Positions 25,801-37,934 of a stretch of DNA of 64,000 nucleotides are shown here, in pieces. The DNA is from Lama glama (taxonomy: Eukaryota). The first letter of the stretch is position 1, and every line of letters starts with the position of its first letter. The notes beneath the pieces are model-generated. The model had not been told where the DNA came from, searched no databases, and saw only the letters and a program-made list of their open reading frames with translations. Where the stretch lies: the NCBI GenBank assembly GCA_028534125.1, contig CM052818.1, positions 37,636,001 to 37,700,000 on the forward strand, given 5' to 3'. The position numbers were made by a program, and so were the translations under genes.

Positions 25801-27819
25801 GCATGTGGTATCAAAACTATTCCTACTCCTTCATATGGATACATGCACAGTAGGTGGTGGGGAGTAGTGTGGGAAACCAGATTGACCACAAGTTGATAAT
25901 GCCAGCATCAGATGACCTGATGTTGTATATTAGACACAGTATTCAAAAACATAATGATAGGCTAAAGCAATAAGACAAATCAAATGAAAACATTAAGTGT
26001 TTGGTAAATATGACACAGAAAGAAAGCGAATGAAATCCATAGCTTATAGTTATCCTATCTTGGCTCCATCGGATAAAGTTTTAATAATGATTTTTAAAGT
26101 TGGTTAGTATTCTAATGAACCTGTCATCTTTCTTTGTGTTTGCCCTGGATCTGTGTCTTATTTAAGCAAGTGACCTTGTCTTCTGAAGCTCCACATTTCC
26201 CACAGCACTTAGCACAGAGCCAACCATGTAAACTATCCTCACAAAGACTTATTAAATTAATTTCCTTAAATCCCTTCTGGACTGCCCATTTGCCTTCATT
26301 AATTATGTTAGACCTAGAGGAGATGACCTCTACTTGCTGTCATGATTGAATTACATCTTAGACTTGTAAGATTCTTTGAACAATGCAATTTTTGAGGGAA
26401 AGAGATAAACTATTAGAATTAGAATTATTCCTTTTACAGACAAGGAGATGAACATTTTTATCTTGCGTGAATTTTTCTCCCTCCCTCCCCCGCCCATAGA
26501 TGCACTAATGCCCCCCCCCGCCCATATACTTTTTCTCATAATCATTTCTAGCTGCAAAATAATGGATTTGGAACGAGACTAGCGATATGCCTTCTCTTTT
26601 GTCTTTTCAGCTGGTAAACCACAAGTAAATATCAGTCTTAACTATTATAATGCAAAATACAAATATGCCATGTCAAACTATTTTTTAAATGATAGATTTT
26701 CATTTTTTAATTACACCAAGTATTTCTTCAGAGATTTAAGAGATTTTAAGCTTTATGAGCATTAATGCCTTTGTGATTGTGATTTGTTTGCCCCTAATTA
26801 AAAGAATCAGGAGTACATTTGGAAGAGAATATTGATGCACCAGGAAAACTTATGAAGAATGCAGCTACTGATTTTCTCCTTTTGTTTCAAAGATCAAAAA
26901 TCTAGCACGTGGCAGAAATGAGGCAAATCTGTTATGATAGGATAATTGTGACTGTATCCTCTGTTCCATCATTCATTAAGAACAGGATAAGTATGAATCC
27001 TGGATTTTGCTAATCTGATGGTCTTGGCTCTGTTTTCAGTAAACAGTATAAATTATTTCCAGAAGAGCTGTGGAGAAAAATGAAAGATATTATTGCAGAA
27101 CCCAACACTCTCATAAAACTCAGAAAATTTCTGCCTGGCCCAGGAGACTCTAACTACCCCTGTGTCTTCAGCAGCCCAGGGGAAGACATCAGACAGGCTC
27201 TCTCACACTCAGTATCCTCATCCCCAGTTCTGGTTGCACCTGGATGAAAGAGAGTCTGCCAGCATTTCTTTAGCAGGCTTCTGGCTGTCAAAACAAACTA
27301 AAGCCTCCTGGGGATGCTCACACTTGCCTGCTGAGGAGAAAACACTGTGTTAAGTGTTTTACATACATTATCCTATTATATCCTTACAAAGCCTTTTGAG
27401 TAGAGTCTCCAATAAACAAATGGTGGAAGTGAATCCCAGAAAGGGCTACATTGTTAATAACCTATATCTGTTAAATGGAAAGACCTGGATTGGAGGCTCT
27501 GTTGCTTGGTACCAAAGCAAGTGGTACAATATACTGCTTCCCAGAACAGATCTGCCGGTAACATTAGCCCTAAACCCCTCCTTATTCCGTTCCATTTCCT
27601 TGATGCCCAAGATTAACTGGTAGACGGCTTACGGTGTTCTAAGTGATGGAGAGAAAGATTTTCTAGCTCACTGTGGACTGAGAGTGCTGCTGTTACATGA
27701 TAACACTGCCAGTTAATTAAAATATTATTAATGCTAGAGCTCAGGCACCACCATGGAGTTGGGGTATTTGTCTGTTTGGTTCAGTGTGGTCCTTCGAGGC
27801 CTTAGAAGAGTGCCTGACC

Positions 27820-27985
27820 AAAAGAAAAAAAAAAAAAGAAGGAGAAGAAGAAGGAGAAGAAGAAGGAGGAGGAGGAGGAGAGGAAGAGGAAGGAGAGGGA
27901 GAGGGAGAGGAAGAGGAAGAGGAAGGAGGAGGAGGAGGGGGAGAGGGAGAGGGAGAGGAAGAGGAAGGAGAAGGAGAAGAAGAAA
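27820..27985. repeat. 166-nt pure-purine (GAA/GGA/GAGG) low-complexity tract within an L2 3' tail
   Basis: No C or T from 27820 to 27985; flanks agagtgcctgac and ctcaagaaatagctgttgaatgaatg are the two halves of an L2 terminus. Confidence 0.92.
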
Positions 27986-28561
27986 CTCAAGAAATAGCTG
28001 TTGAATGAATGCATTTCAGGTTGAGATGACTTCCTTCCAATGCCAACTTTGGACTTCCGACCATTATTTTTGTTTTGTTGCAGGAAAGAAAGGTTGCACT
28101 TTGGAGGAAAAATTGAACCTTTTAGAATTCACTGAGAAAAAAAAATAATAGAAGTTCCTATAAGCCACAACTAAATAGATATAAAGTCTCCAGCTGCTCT
28201 TTCAGAGTGGTTCACCACTGGTTATAAACTATAGGCATTTCTGCTTCCAGTCCACTAAAACCATTCATTTTTCTTCAGAATAAGTTTTAGCCCATTAATC
28301 AAACCCCTACCAGCAGTAGCTGGTGCATACATGGCAGGAGGAAAAGGATGCCTTGGTCTAAACAACCAGAATGCCCAAAGAAACAACTTCTTTTCGGGGA
28401 GGTTTTGTGTATTTGTTCCTAATTAATGTTCCTCTAGTATGGATGCCATTCAGAGTGATACCTGACTTCCACAGGATTCCAGGAGCTGCTTTGCTTGTAC
28501 ATGCGTGTTTAAAACCAAGAAAGAGAGAGTAACAAATTAAAAAAAATGGAAAGGCATAAAG

Positions 28562-28601
28562 GGAAAGGAAAGAGGTTTATATGGAAAGGAAAGAGGTTTA
28601 T
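28562..28601. repeat. 19-bp direct duplication ggaaaggaaagaggtttat
   Basis: Copies at 28562-28580 and 28583-28601. Confidence 0.9.
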
Positions 28602-31600
28602 GCAAGTAAATAGAGATGACAAGTTACAAAAGATAGAAAGAACGTAAGCAGACAAGAAAGGGAATTCCATTATACTTCAAAAGGAAGTGAGCCTGTAAGT
28701 TGACTATTAAGGTATGATTTAAAATATTATGTACATTGAGAAAAACACCATTCTGGACTCACGAGTCAGGCTGTACCTTCAATGAGCCACATCTGACCTG
28801 CACAGCTGTCTACCATCACCTGGTCACAGTTGACTCCCTTGAAGGCATGGTGTCTAGGAGAAAAAAAGAACAAAAGCAAGTATCAATATCTCTCTTCCTG
28901 ATTTGTATTTTCCCCAGTGATCCCTATTTACTAGTGTAGGGGGAAAGAAAGAATACTTGCCAATGCATGGTATTTCTGCAGCAGAGGGAAGATTGAAGAT
29001 TTTCCTTCTAACTATAGCATCCAGGCTTTGCAATAAAATAGGTGGCTTGATCGTTTATATAATCATTATTTTTAAGGGAGCAATTCAATTCCCAAATTAA
29101 AGAGCTGATGTATATAAACAGATATGATGCTCCCTTAGCACTCTCATTGAGAAGTTACTTTTTAATTGCTTTGCTTATAATTTCAACTTCAAAGCCAGTA
29201 ATAGCTTTCGAATTAATAGCTCATAGCCCATTTGATACACTGATATTTAATTAATGAGTTCATAACTCCAGCGGCACATCGCCTTTCTGACGGCTCCTCC
29301 AGGTTGTTAGTTTCCATATTGCTGACTGTTTTCTGCTAACCATCCTGAGAGAGGTCATTTTGCCCATGTAATCTTTTCGGGCTGGATAGTGAAAAAGAAT
29401 GGGCTCAATCAGAGAGAGAGTTGCTCCCTTCCTGCTCAGTGGAGTAGCTAGCTACCTTAGGCCTCCGAGGATGGCTGGAATTTTACATTGTTTTTTCTTA
29501 GAACATTAGGACCTGTCTACACTGATGTTACCCATAATACCACTCACTGAATAACTATACCTCTATGGGGTTTGGAGATGGGGTGGTGAATGAGCCCACA
29601 CATCTGCCTTTTTTTTTCCAGAGGCCTTTCGAAATACAGCCCACGCCACTCCTCCTCCCCATGGCTCTCCTGGTCACTTTGCATGAGTTGATAAACTGTG
29701 GCCTTTGAATAAAGAATGTGTTTTCGATTTTTAAAGGATTGTAACAAAACAAACAAACAAAAGGAAATGATGAAAAGCATGTGAGCATTTTACAGAAAAA
29801 AAGCTCCCTGACCCCTGAAGGATAATTAACACTCGCCATCGGCTTTTGTAATTGAAATCCTTCCCCTGGGCACGGCCAGGCCAATTTTCCTCTCCAGTTC
29901 ACAGAACGCATTTTCTCCAGGTGTCAGTGACAGTGATGAGGCTCTTCCACAACAGGCCACCCCTGCTCACAGGCTAGTCCCACCGCCGTTCACAAGGCTA
30001 CCTGGCGTTCATTATCCCTTTTGTAGGTGAATCAGCACCATTTAGTATTGTGGCCTCTTACAGGGTTTCCCAGTAAAGTAAAGGTCTCTGACCTTGAATC
30101 TCAATCTACAAAGTCCTACCCGCGCCTCGAAATAATGTCTTCAGGTATGACTCATGGCATTTGGTCCACCATTTGAAATCAGCTCTGTTGAATTTAAAAT
30201 GTTGACCTATCAGAGGATTCTACTGAAGAGCAATGACTCTTGGGGCATTCATGTCCGCGGTTGTAAAACTGCTCTCGTGTTACCCACCAGGGGTTGGCTG
30301 ATTGCCAGAGAGAGCCAGGGCTAGTGAGAGTGTGACACAGAGGAAGCACTGAGAGAGGGGCCGAGGATCATGCCTTACGTGTGTATCTGTCAGTTCCCTT
30401 GGTGGATAATTAATTTATCCAGATCCTCTCCAAAAATAGGTCTTCACAGGAGAAAGGAAATACCAAAAGAACAGAGGAAAAGAAGCAAACACAAATTTGT
30501 CTACTTCGTTGTGTGGCTGAGGGCTGGCCCTGCCAGAATGTTATAGATGGCCATGCAGTTAGAAGTAATTAATGATAATTGAAATAGCTGTGAGTTATTA
30601 GTCGTATTTGGATTATTAAGATAAAGATAATTATAATAAAATTAGGTACTACAAATGGTGATTGCATTAATGATTTTAATTTTAATGATTTCTTTAAAAG
30701 TGTGCTAGAAATAGATTTTCCATAAAGGGACTAATAATAATGGTGATGATGAAAGTAATAGTTACCATTTATTAAGTGCTTCCTATGCATCAGGAATTGG
30801 GCTGTGTTCTTCATGTACGTTCTCTTAACTGATTACAAATGTTTCGATGATGTGGATTAATGAAAGAAGGGACCCTCTGTGAATTTTGAGGGAATATATG
30901 CCTAGGCAGCTGTTATCAGAGGAAAGAATTAGCTGAAGGGTTCATTAGAATTCCACATATGAAGACTTTCTATTGTAAGGAGAGCATTTCTGAACCTCAT
31001 CTTCCTAAGATCAGCGAAAGGGAAAACATTTGAGATAGGCCCCCGGACTCCTGCACAGGAAACTCGCTTCCACATGCACGGATAGGAGGCTCATGCAACA
31101 CACACAACCTCGAAAGGAACCCTGACTCAGAACGACCCACTCAAAGTACAGCAAAAGTCATATTTGCTTTGTCCTGAGTCTGGCATGTTTCAGTCTATTG
31201 TCAGCTTCTGAAAATGTTGAGCACTGGCGCAAAGGGAACACAGGCATCTGCAATTATATATGAAATTCTGTCATAAATAAGCCTGCAAAAACGCAAAGAT
31301 CTGCTTTATAATTTGATTGTCTTTGAACTTGTCTCCAAAGATACTGCATCAAAAAAGAGATCAACAAATAATAATAAAAGGCCCTATTCATTGAGTGTTT
31401 AGAATGCGCAAGATAGTGACAAGCATTTGGAGTATGCTCTAGCATCTGGGTGAGCTGGTAACACGATCCCTGCTTTACTTGTAAGGTAACTGAGGCTTAA
31501 AGAACTTTCTTGATTTCTCCAATGCCAGGCAGACAACATAGAATGTCACTGAGATTGAGGTATGTAAGTCTTTGTAGGATCTCTTAGCCATTAAGCTATC

Positions 31601-33132
31601 AATTGTTAAATTTGGTGCTTTGATGTAATGTCCGTTCTGTGTATGCGTGTGTGAGTGTTGTGTGTGTGTCTTTGCATTATGAGCCGCTGAGAACAAGGGC
31701 AGCTAGACTCAGCGGCGAGCAGTGTTATGCATTTAATTAGCACATGCTTTGATGATGCTGGTGACGTGCAGCCTTTTTTCCTCTCTTCTGCTCTGAGCTA
31801 TCCATCAACGTGGAGCAGGATCCCTCCTCTTTGTACTACTGGGAAACTAAGCCCTAAGGTGTGTTGGGAAAGGAAAATCATTCATCAAATTTCAGTTTCT
31901 CTGCTTTTGTTTTCTCTTTTTGCATGTGTCCACAGCCAGCTGTCTCGAATTTTGAAAAATTCCAAAGCTCTCCTGTCCATTGAGTTAAAAATCTTTCCCC
32001 TCCATTTAGTCTGTGAACCAGCATCTTTTTCTAAATCGAAAGCCTTATAAAAAGCCAGTGGATAGAAGCAGGGTTTATGTAACTGCAGAACTACTGCTCA
32101 TTTTGGATTCCACTCAGATTCGGTTCAACACGCCATGCTTGGGAATTGGGTAAAACTATTAAAGTCATCAAATACCTGAATATAAAGCCTAACCATGAAA
32201 ACAAAGGGAGGCTTTCTTAAGCCCTCTGGAGGTGATTTTTAAAATGCCTTTGTCCTCCTCGGGGACACATTTTGCCAGCAAGCAGTCCTTCCTTGTCACA
32301 GAATCAGGTCAAGATGGCCCACTGTGTGGACACATGAGTTTGAACGGTCCCACTGAAGCACACGTGAGGTTCTAAGCAGAGATCACTGAAAACTTCCATT
32401 ACTCTTAATGATCTTTTGGAATGTGTACTACCTTCCTTTTTTTCCCTTTTTGGTTTATGGGATGGTATCTTGCAGTTGGCAAAGCAAATCCGAGGAACAC
32501 CCAAAGTTAAATGTGTGAATAAAATATAAGAGAAACATAGTAATGACTAATAAGATGTAAATGCCAGGAAATTTTCTTGTCTTTTAAATTAGACATCTGC
32601 GCCCTATTTTTACATGCTCATCACCATAAGCGCTTTAGCATGTTTTCCCCAATCTGTCAGCACAGACATATTCTGCAGGCCTTGAAGCTTTAACACCTTC
32701 GCGGCTACAGAAATGCCCGGGCAGTCGCTCTCGGGGAACATCTGCTGAAATCAAGAGATTTCAAGAGATTGAGCGCTTTGTTCCGGGGGCTGGCACACAG
32801 CCACGTCTCTAATGAAGGGAAGAACTGTGTTTCTGGGTCACGTCTGCAGGAAGATGGGCTTGGGGGACGCCGCATCTCCCCGACAGGCCTCCTTGTCGTG
32901 TTGATTGGCCAGTTCAGACCTTGGCCTCACATCCACCCAGGAGGAGGGGAGCAGATGAAGGGCCGTCTCCAAACGGAGCCGCCTCAAGCCCACACATGTT
33001 TGCACAGCTTGCCAAGTGGCAAGAGTGTGGGCGGATCCTATCTGCAGACAAATAATTGGCCTGGAGATGCTGACACGCCACTTGATCGCTGCTGGGAAAG
33101 AGGATAGTCAGGGTTTTAGGATCCAGCTCTGC

Positions 33133-33146
33133 TCACTAGGGGGAGC
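33133..33146 (+). promoter_or_regulatory. Candidate CTCF motif
   Basis: TCACTAGGGGGAGC resembles the CTCF core and lies at the edge of a locally CpG-rich stretch. Confidence 0.4.
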
Positions 33147-33559
33147 CGTATTGGACGTCTAAGGGTTTTTAGAGCCCACCCCGACCCCATTCCCAATGCG
33201 TCCAAAACTGCTAGTTCACCTGTCTGAAGCCTCAGAACCTACCCCTCTCTACCACACTTTAGAAAAAGTTTATCTTTGAATAGTGAGAGACGGGCTTAAA
33301 AATAACCACCTTCAGAATGGGAGAAGGGCTAACAAACATTCATTGAAGTAGAAATGCCTGATAAATTGTTCTGGAAAGCAGAATAAAGAAACTGACCTGC
33401 TGAAAGGTTGTGAAAGGGCTGAGGAGGAAGAGAGCAGATGCAGAAACCTCAGGAACAAAAACATAGTCAAGGACACAAAGCCTGTATGTGTGCCTCTATT
33501 ATCAAAGCTCAAAGCCAAATACACATTCTGTTAAAATGTGTCTGTTCCTTTGCTGTGCA

Positions 33560-34010
33560 TTTTACATCATATCCCTGACTTAATCGTTTAACCAGTAACG
33601 CTGTGAAGTTCTTTCCATTTTATAGATGAGGACAGTAAGGCTCAAAAACAAACAAAAAATCAGTGACTGGCACAAAATTAGCTGAGAGAGATGCGTGGAT
33701 TATTTTGGAAAGTGAGTGGAATTTGGAGACAGAGATGTGAATCCCATTTTCAGAAATGCTTAGCTCTGTAACCCTGAGCGACTTACTTCAGCTCTCTGTG
33801 CCTGTTTCTGCATTGGTGCTAGAGGGATGAAAATAGCCTCTTTTCGGAGTTTTCAGGAGGCTAAAAGTTTAAATGACTTTTCCAAGTTTATGCAACTGGC
33901 AAGGAATCAGTGAGTAACACACACAGTATAATTCTCACTACATGGCAAGTGTTAAATAAACGTTCGCTAATATCAGAAGTGGCGGAGCCTGGATTTAGAC
34001 TCAGGTCTCC
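33560..34010. mobile_element. Cluster of MIR fragments in both orientations
   Basis: ccattttatagatgaggacagtaaggctca (minus); tagctctgtaaccctgagcgacttacttcagctctctgtgcc (plus); agtggcggagcctggatttagactcagg (minus). Confidence 0.7.
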
Positions 34011-34374
34011 CAGGCCTGTGTGTGTTATGTCCTGTCACCTGTTATACTGCATCCCCACAAAGGACCATTACACGGAAACAAGGGATGTTTTGCCACTTAC
34101 GCAATTGTGGCCAATGACAGCATCAAGATATATCGAGGAACATTATTCATATTGATCATCACCCTCTCTTCAAGAGACAAAAGCAATTTCTGTAAATGAA
34201 TCTCGCACAACTTAGGAGAATAAAGAAGTCATTTCCATGCACACAAGGTTTAGTCTGGTGACCTGTGCCTCCCAGAAAACTTCACTCCCTCGCCTTCTAT
34301 GAAGCTTTCTCTCAGACTCCCAGCCTGTTGATTTGAGTTTCTCTGAGCTGCAACTGCACCTAATATCTTTGATA

Positions 34375-35460
34375 CAAACATTCATTCATTTATTCTTTTA
34401 CAAATACTTACTGGGCTTCCGGTGTGTGTCAGGCACCGTTTGGGGCACTGAAGATGGAGCAGTGAATGAGACCGACAGGCCCTCTGCTTTTATTCTGTGT
34501 GTATGGGATGGGAACAGACAAAATAAACACGTAACAAGTAAATAGGTGAGTAAGTAGTTTTCTGTGGCTTTTGTAACAAATTCCCACACATTCAGTGGCT
34601 TAAAACAGCAAAAATTTATTCCATCATAGTTCTGGAAGCCAGAACTTCAGAACTGTATTCCTGGATCAACATTAAGGTGTGAGCAGGCCACACCCCCCAC
34701 AGATTCTCCAAAGGAGAGTCTGCTTTTTGCCTCATCCAGCTTCTGGTAGCTGCTTAAGTTCCTTGGCTTGTGGCCACATCAGTCTCTGCCCTCTCCTGTG
34801 TGTGTGTGTGTGTGTGTGTGAGAGTGTGAGATCTTCCTCTACCTCTGTCTTATAGGAGCACTTGTGATGGCGAGTCAGGCCCACTCCGACAATCTAGGAT
34901 AATCTCCTCATTTCAAGATTTTTAATTATATCTGTAAAGGCCCTTTTAATCCAAATAAGATAATATTTACAGATGCTAGCAGATACAATCCGATAACTTT
35001 GGGGTGTATTATTCAGCCTACTACAAGTAATATGTCAGATGCTGATATGTATTCTGCAAAAAAAGTTAACCAAGATAGGAGAGAGAAAGGACAGTGTGGG
35101 GCTAGGGACTAATATTTTACACAAGGTAGGTGGTGGAGACGTCACTCATATGGTAGATTTGAGCAGAGACTTGAAGGAGGTGAAGCCACCTGGAAGAGGA
35201 GAGTTTCAGGTGATGGGGATAGCATGTGCAAAGGTCCTGAGTAACATTCAGGTGGTCTGTGTGCTGCTGCAGCAAAGTGAACAAGAGCTGGTGGGTAGGA
35301 GATGAAGTCAAACAGGAGGGAGACCGGCCACGCAGAGCCTCACTGGCCAGTGTAAGGGCCTTGATTTGGAGTGAAATGGGAAGATGCAGGAGGAATCTAG
35401 GGGTCTGGTATCCAATTAAGAGGTTGTTACAGTAATTTAGGTAAAAGATTATAAAACCTT
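34375..35460 (-). mobile_element. L2 3' portion interrupted by MLT1
   Basis: cattcattcatttattcttttacaaatacttactggg...tgtcaggcaccg; L2 resumes after 35030. Confidence 0.82.
34554..35025 (-). mobile_element. MaLR LTR (MLT1C/D-like) containing (TG)12 at 34797-34820
   Basis: gtaacaaattcccacacattcagtggcttaaaacagc...attcagcctactaca; probable 5-bp TSD agtaa at 34549-34553 and 35026-35030. Confidence 0.88.
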
Positions 35461-35828
35461 CAACCAAACTGTGCCCTAGGATCATACACTAGCAGCTGGC
35501 TTCTGTGGGTCCACAGGATCGCAACATCTCAGTAAGGGTCAAATACGCATCCAACCAGAATGCCGAAAGGACAGTAGCTTAGATACTCGTGCCAACAAAG
35601 CAGCATGCACGCCACTCTCACACTCCTTCCAGGGAATGAAAATATCTCAACCGTAGGAGCCTGCAGGGGAAATCCTTCGTATCGATGGGAAAATTAATGA
35701 AATTACTGTTTTGATTCTTTTTAGAATCTTTCCGTTTGGTTATTTTAAGTGAGGACTAAGCACATTACCTCACATTTGAAATGGCCTTTGAAGAGCAAGA
35801 TTTTAAACACTGAGCCCAGGTTGCCAGA

Positions 35829-36240
35829 TGTCGGTGCCAGCCGACAATCGATCAGGTCCAGAAATCTGTGCTGCAGGACTGAGAAAAGAAAGACAAGACT
35901 AAAAGGAAGACAAGACTAAAAGGTGGGGGAGAGGGTCTCACTCTAGCCCGCAAGACGCTAGGTCAAGAGTGGACCTCGTGTTTATTTCCAGCAGTTAATT
36001 TATATGCTTTTAACCCATAGGCAACAGNNNNNNNNNNNNNNNNNNNNNNNNNNNNNNNNNNNNNNNNNNNNNNNNNNNNNNNNNNNNNNNNNNNNNNNNN
36101 NNNNNNNNNNNNNNNNNNNNNNNNNNNAGGACAGAGATTGTCTTTGCTCAATCAGCCTTAGAGCCTGACGCCCCGCACTCTGGGAGTTTAGGCCCAGTTT
36201 CTGTGCTCGGCAGCCCTCAGGTCATGAGTGGCCCCCTGCA
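35829..36240 (-). mobile_element. Young class-II (betaretrovirus/ERVK-like) LTR spanning an assembly gap
   Basis: TG...CA termini; perfect 6-bp TSD gccaga at 35823-35828 and 36241-36246; minus-strand TATAAA (36004-35999) and AATAAA (35986-35981); CpGs retained. Confidence 0.8.
36028..36127. other. Assembly gap (100 N)
   Basis: Run of n. Confidence 0.99.
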
Positions 36241-36784
36241 GCCAGATATGCACTATGAAGGGTGATTGGCCAGATTAAACTCACTGTATTAATACATTGG
36301 AAGCACCTATTAGGATTTTAATTAGAGGTCAATAAGCCAAGTGAGCTAGCTGTCCTTCTCCTCTGTGAGTAGCATGACAGTAGGCCATTAAGTGGCTTTC
36401 CTTCATTTTATTTGCTTAATTTCATTTTAGGACAAATCATATTCTCTCTGCTGGAGGAGAGAGAATCTACGGTGGGAAACTGTGCTCTTTTTATAGGACA
36501 AAGCACAAGAGGGTAGAGTGAAACAAATCTGCAAAGCCCATCACGTGGGATGGTAGTTTCCTTTACTTGGTGATGAATGGGTGGTGTGGATCATCTTGAT
36601 AACCAGTCAGCTGAGTTGAAGATTTATCAGCTGCCAGCAAGAAAAGTGATTGAGCCCTGTGGTTCTATGAATGATAGTAAAAAACCTATTAGTTGTCCAG
36701 TGTTTGTCCAGGTGGGATAAATCCACGGCAGCCTGTTTCACCCACTGATCACGATGAAAAACTCTGGACAACATACAAAAAGCG

Positions 36785-37915
36785 GCTCTCAAAGGACTCC
36801 AATTATATGTATACTAGGCTGCTTGAAGTTGTCTCACATCTCACTCATGCTTCGTTCCTTTTTTATCAGCTATTTTCTTCCCTGTGGGTTTCGCTTTGGG
36901 TTGTTTTCATTCCTATGCCTTCAAGTTAATGAATTATGTTATTCTGTAGTAGCTAATCTGCTGTTAATCTCATCCAATGTAATTTCCACTTCAGACATCG
37001 TACTTCTCAGCTTCTAGAAGTTTGATTTCAATCTTTTTATGTCTTTCATGTTTCTATTTAACGTGTTCAAAATTTCTGTTACCTCCATTAATGTAAAGAA
37101 TACAGTTATAATAATTATGTCCTTATTTGCCAATTCTTTGTCATTTCTGAATCTGCTTTTGTTGATTGGCTGAACTTTCCTGCTCTTCTGCATGACTGTT
37201 AATTTTCGACCAAATGTCAAACATTATGAATTTTGGAATGCTGAATATTTTTGCATACATATAAGTGTCTTTGAACTTTATTCGGGGACACATTTCAGTT
37301 ATTTGGACACAGTTTAAACTTTTTAAGGCTTGTTTAAATTTTGTGATGACACGATCACAGCAGCCGTTAGTATAAGGCTGACGTTGGTCCACTGTTTAGG
37401 TAACACTTCTTTGAGTACTTTACTTGATGCCTGAGGAATTATGCAGTTTTTCCACTCCAGCTGGTGAGAACAGAGCCTGTTCCTGGTTGTGTGTGTGCAC
37501 TGCACATTGTTTTCTTTAGTTATTTTGGGTGTCATGTGTTGTGTCTTCTTCCCCAGCTTCAGGTGGTTTTTTTACAAGCATGTGTTGATCAGTACCTTGC
37601 TCAATACTCAAGGGTGAACCGCTACAATTTTCCAGGCACTCTCATCTCTTTTTCTCTGTTTGTCTCTATCTGTCTCTTTCTCTCTATATTTGTGTGTATG
37701 TGTGTGTTTGTATAGGTCTCCGGTACTTTGGCTTACAGACTCTACCCTCTTTCCTCCTGTCCTTCTTAGAGATTCATCTTAGCCTCCTCAACTCAGGGAG
37801 ATTTCCTCTCTTTCTCAGTTCTCTTCCTCTGGCTACAGAGTGCAAACTATGTCTAGTAGTAAGTTTCAGCTTACTACTCTGATCATTCATAGGGTTCAGC
37901 TTGTTTCTTCCCACT
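36785..37915 (-). mobile_element. Old L1 (L1MC/ME-type) ORF1 start and 5'UTR
   Basis: ggactccaattatatgtatactaggctgcttgaagttgtc...; the minus-strand ORF at 37014-37220 has the coiled-coil-like texture of ORF1. Confidence 0.72.
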
Positions 37916-37934
37916 CTTAGCAATCAATTCAAAT

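Noticed and set aside
27753..28014. Arg/Gly-rich, Glu-rich and Phe/Ser-rich ORFs (protamine-like or acidic-looking)
   Set aside because: All three are translations of the stop-free purine repeat inside an L2 tail
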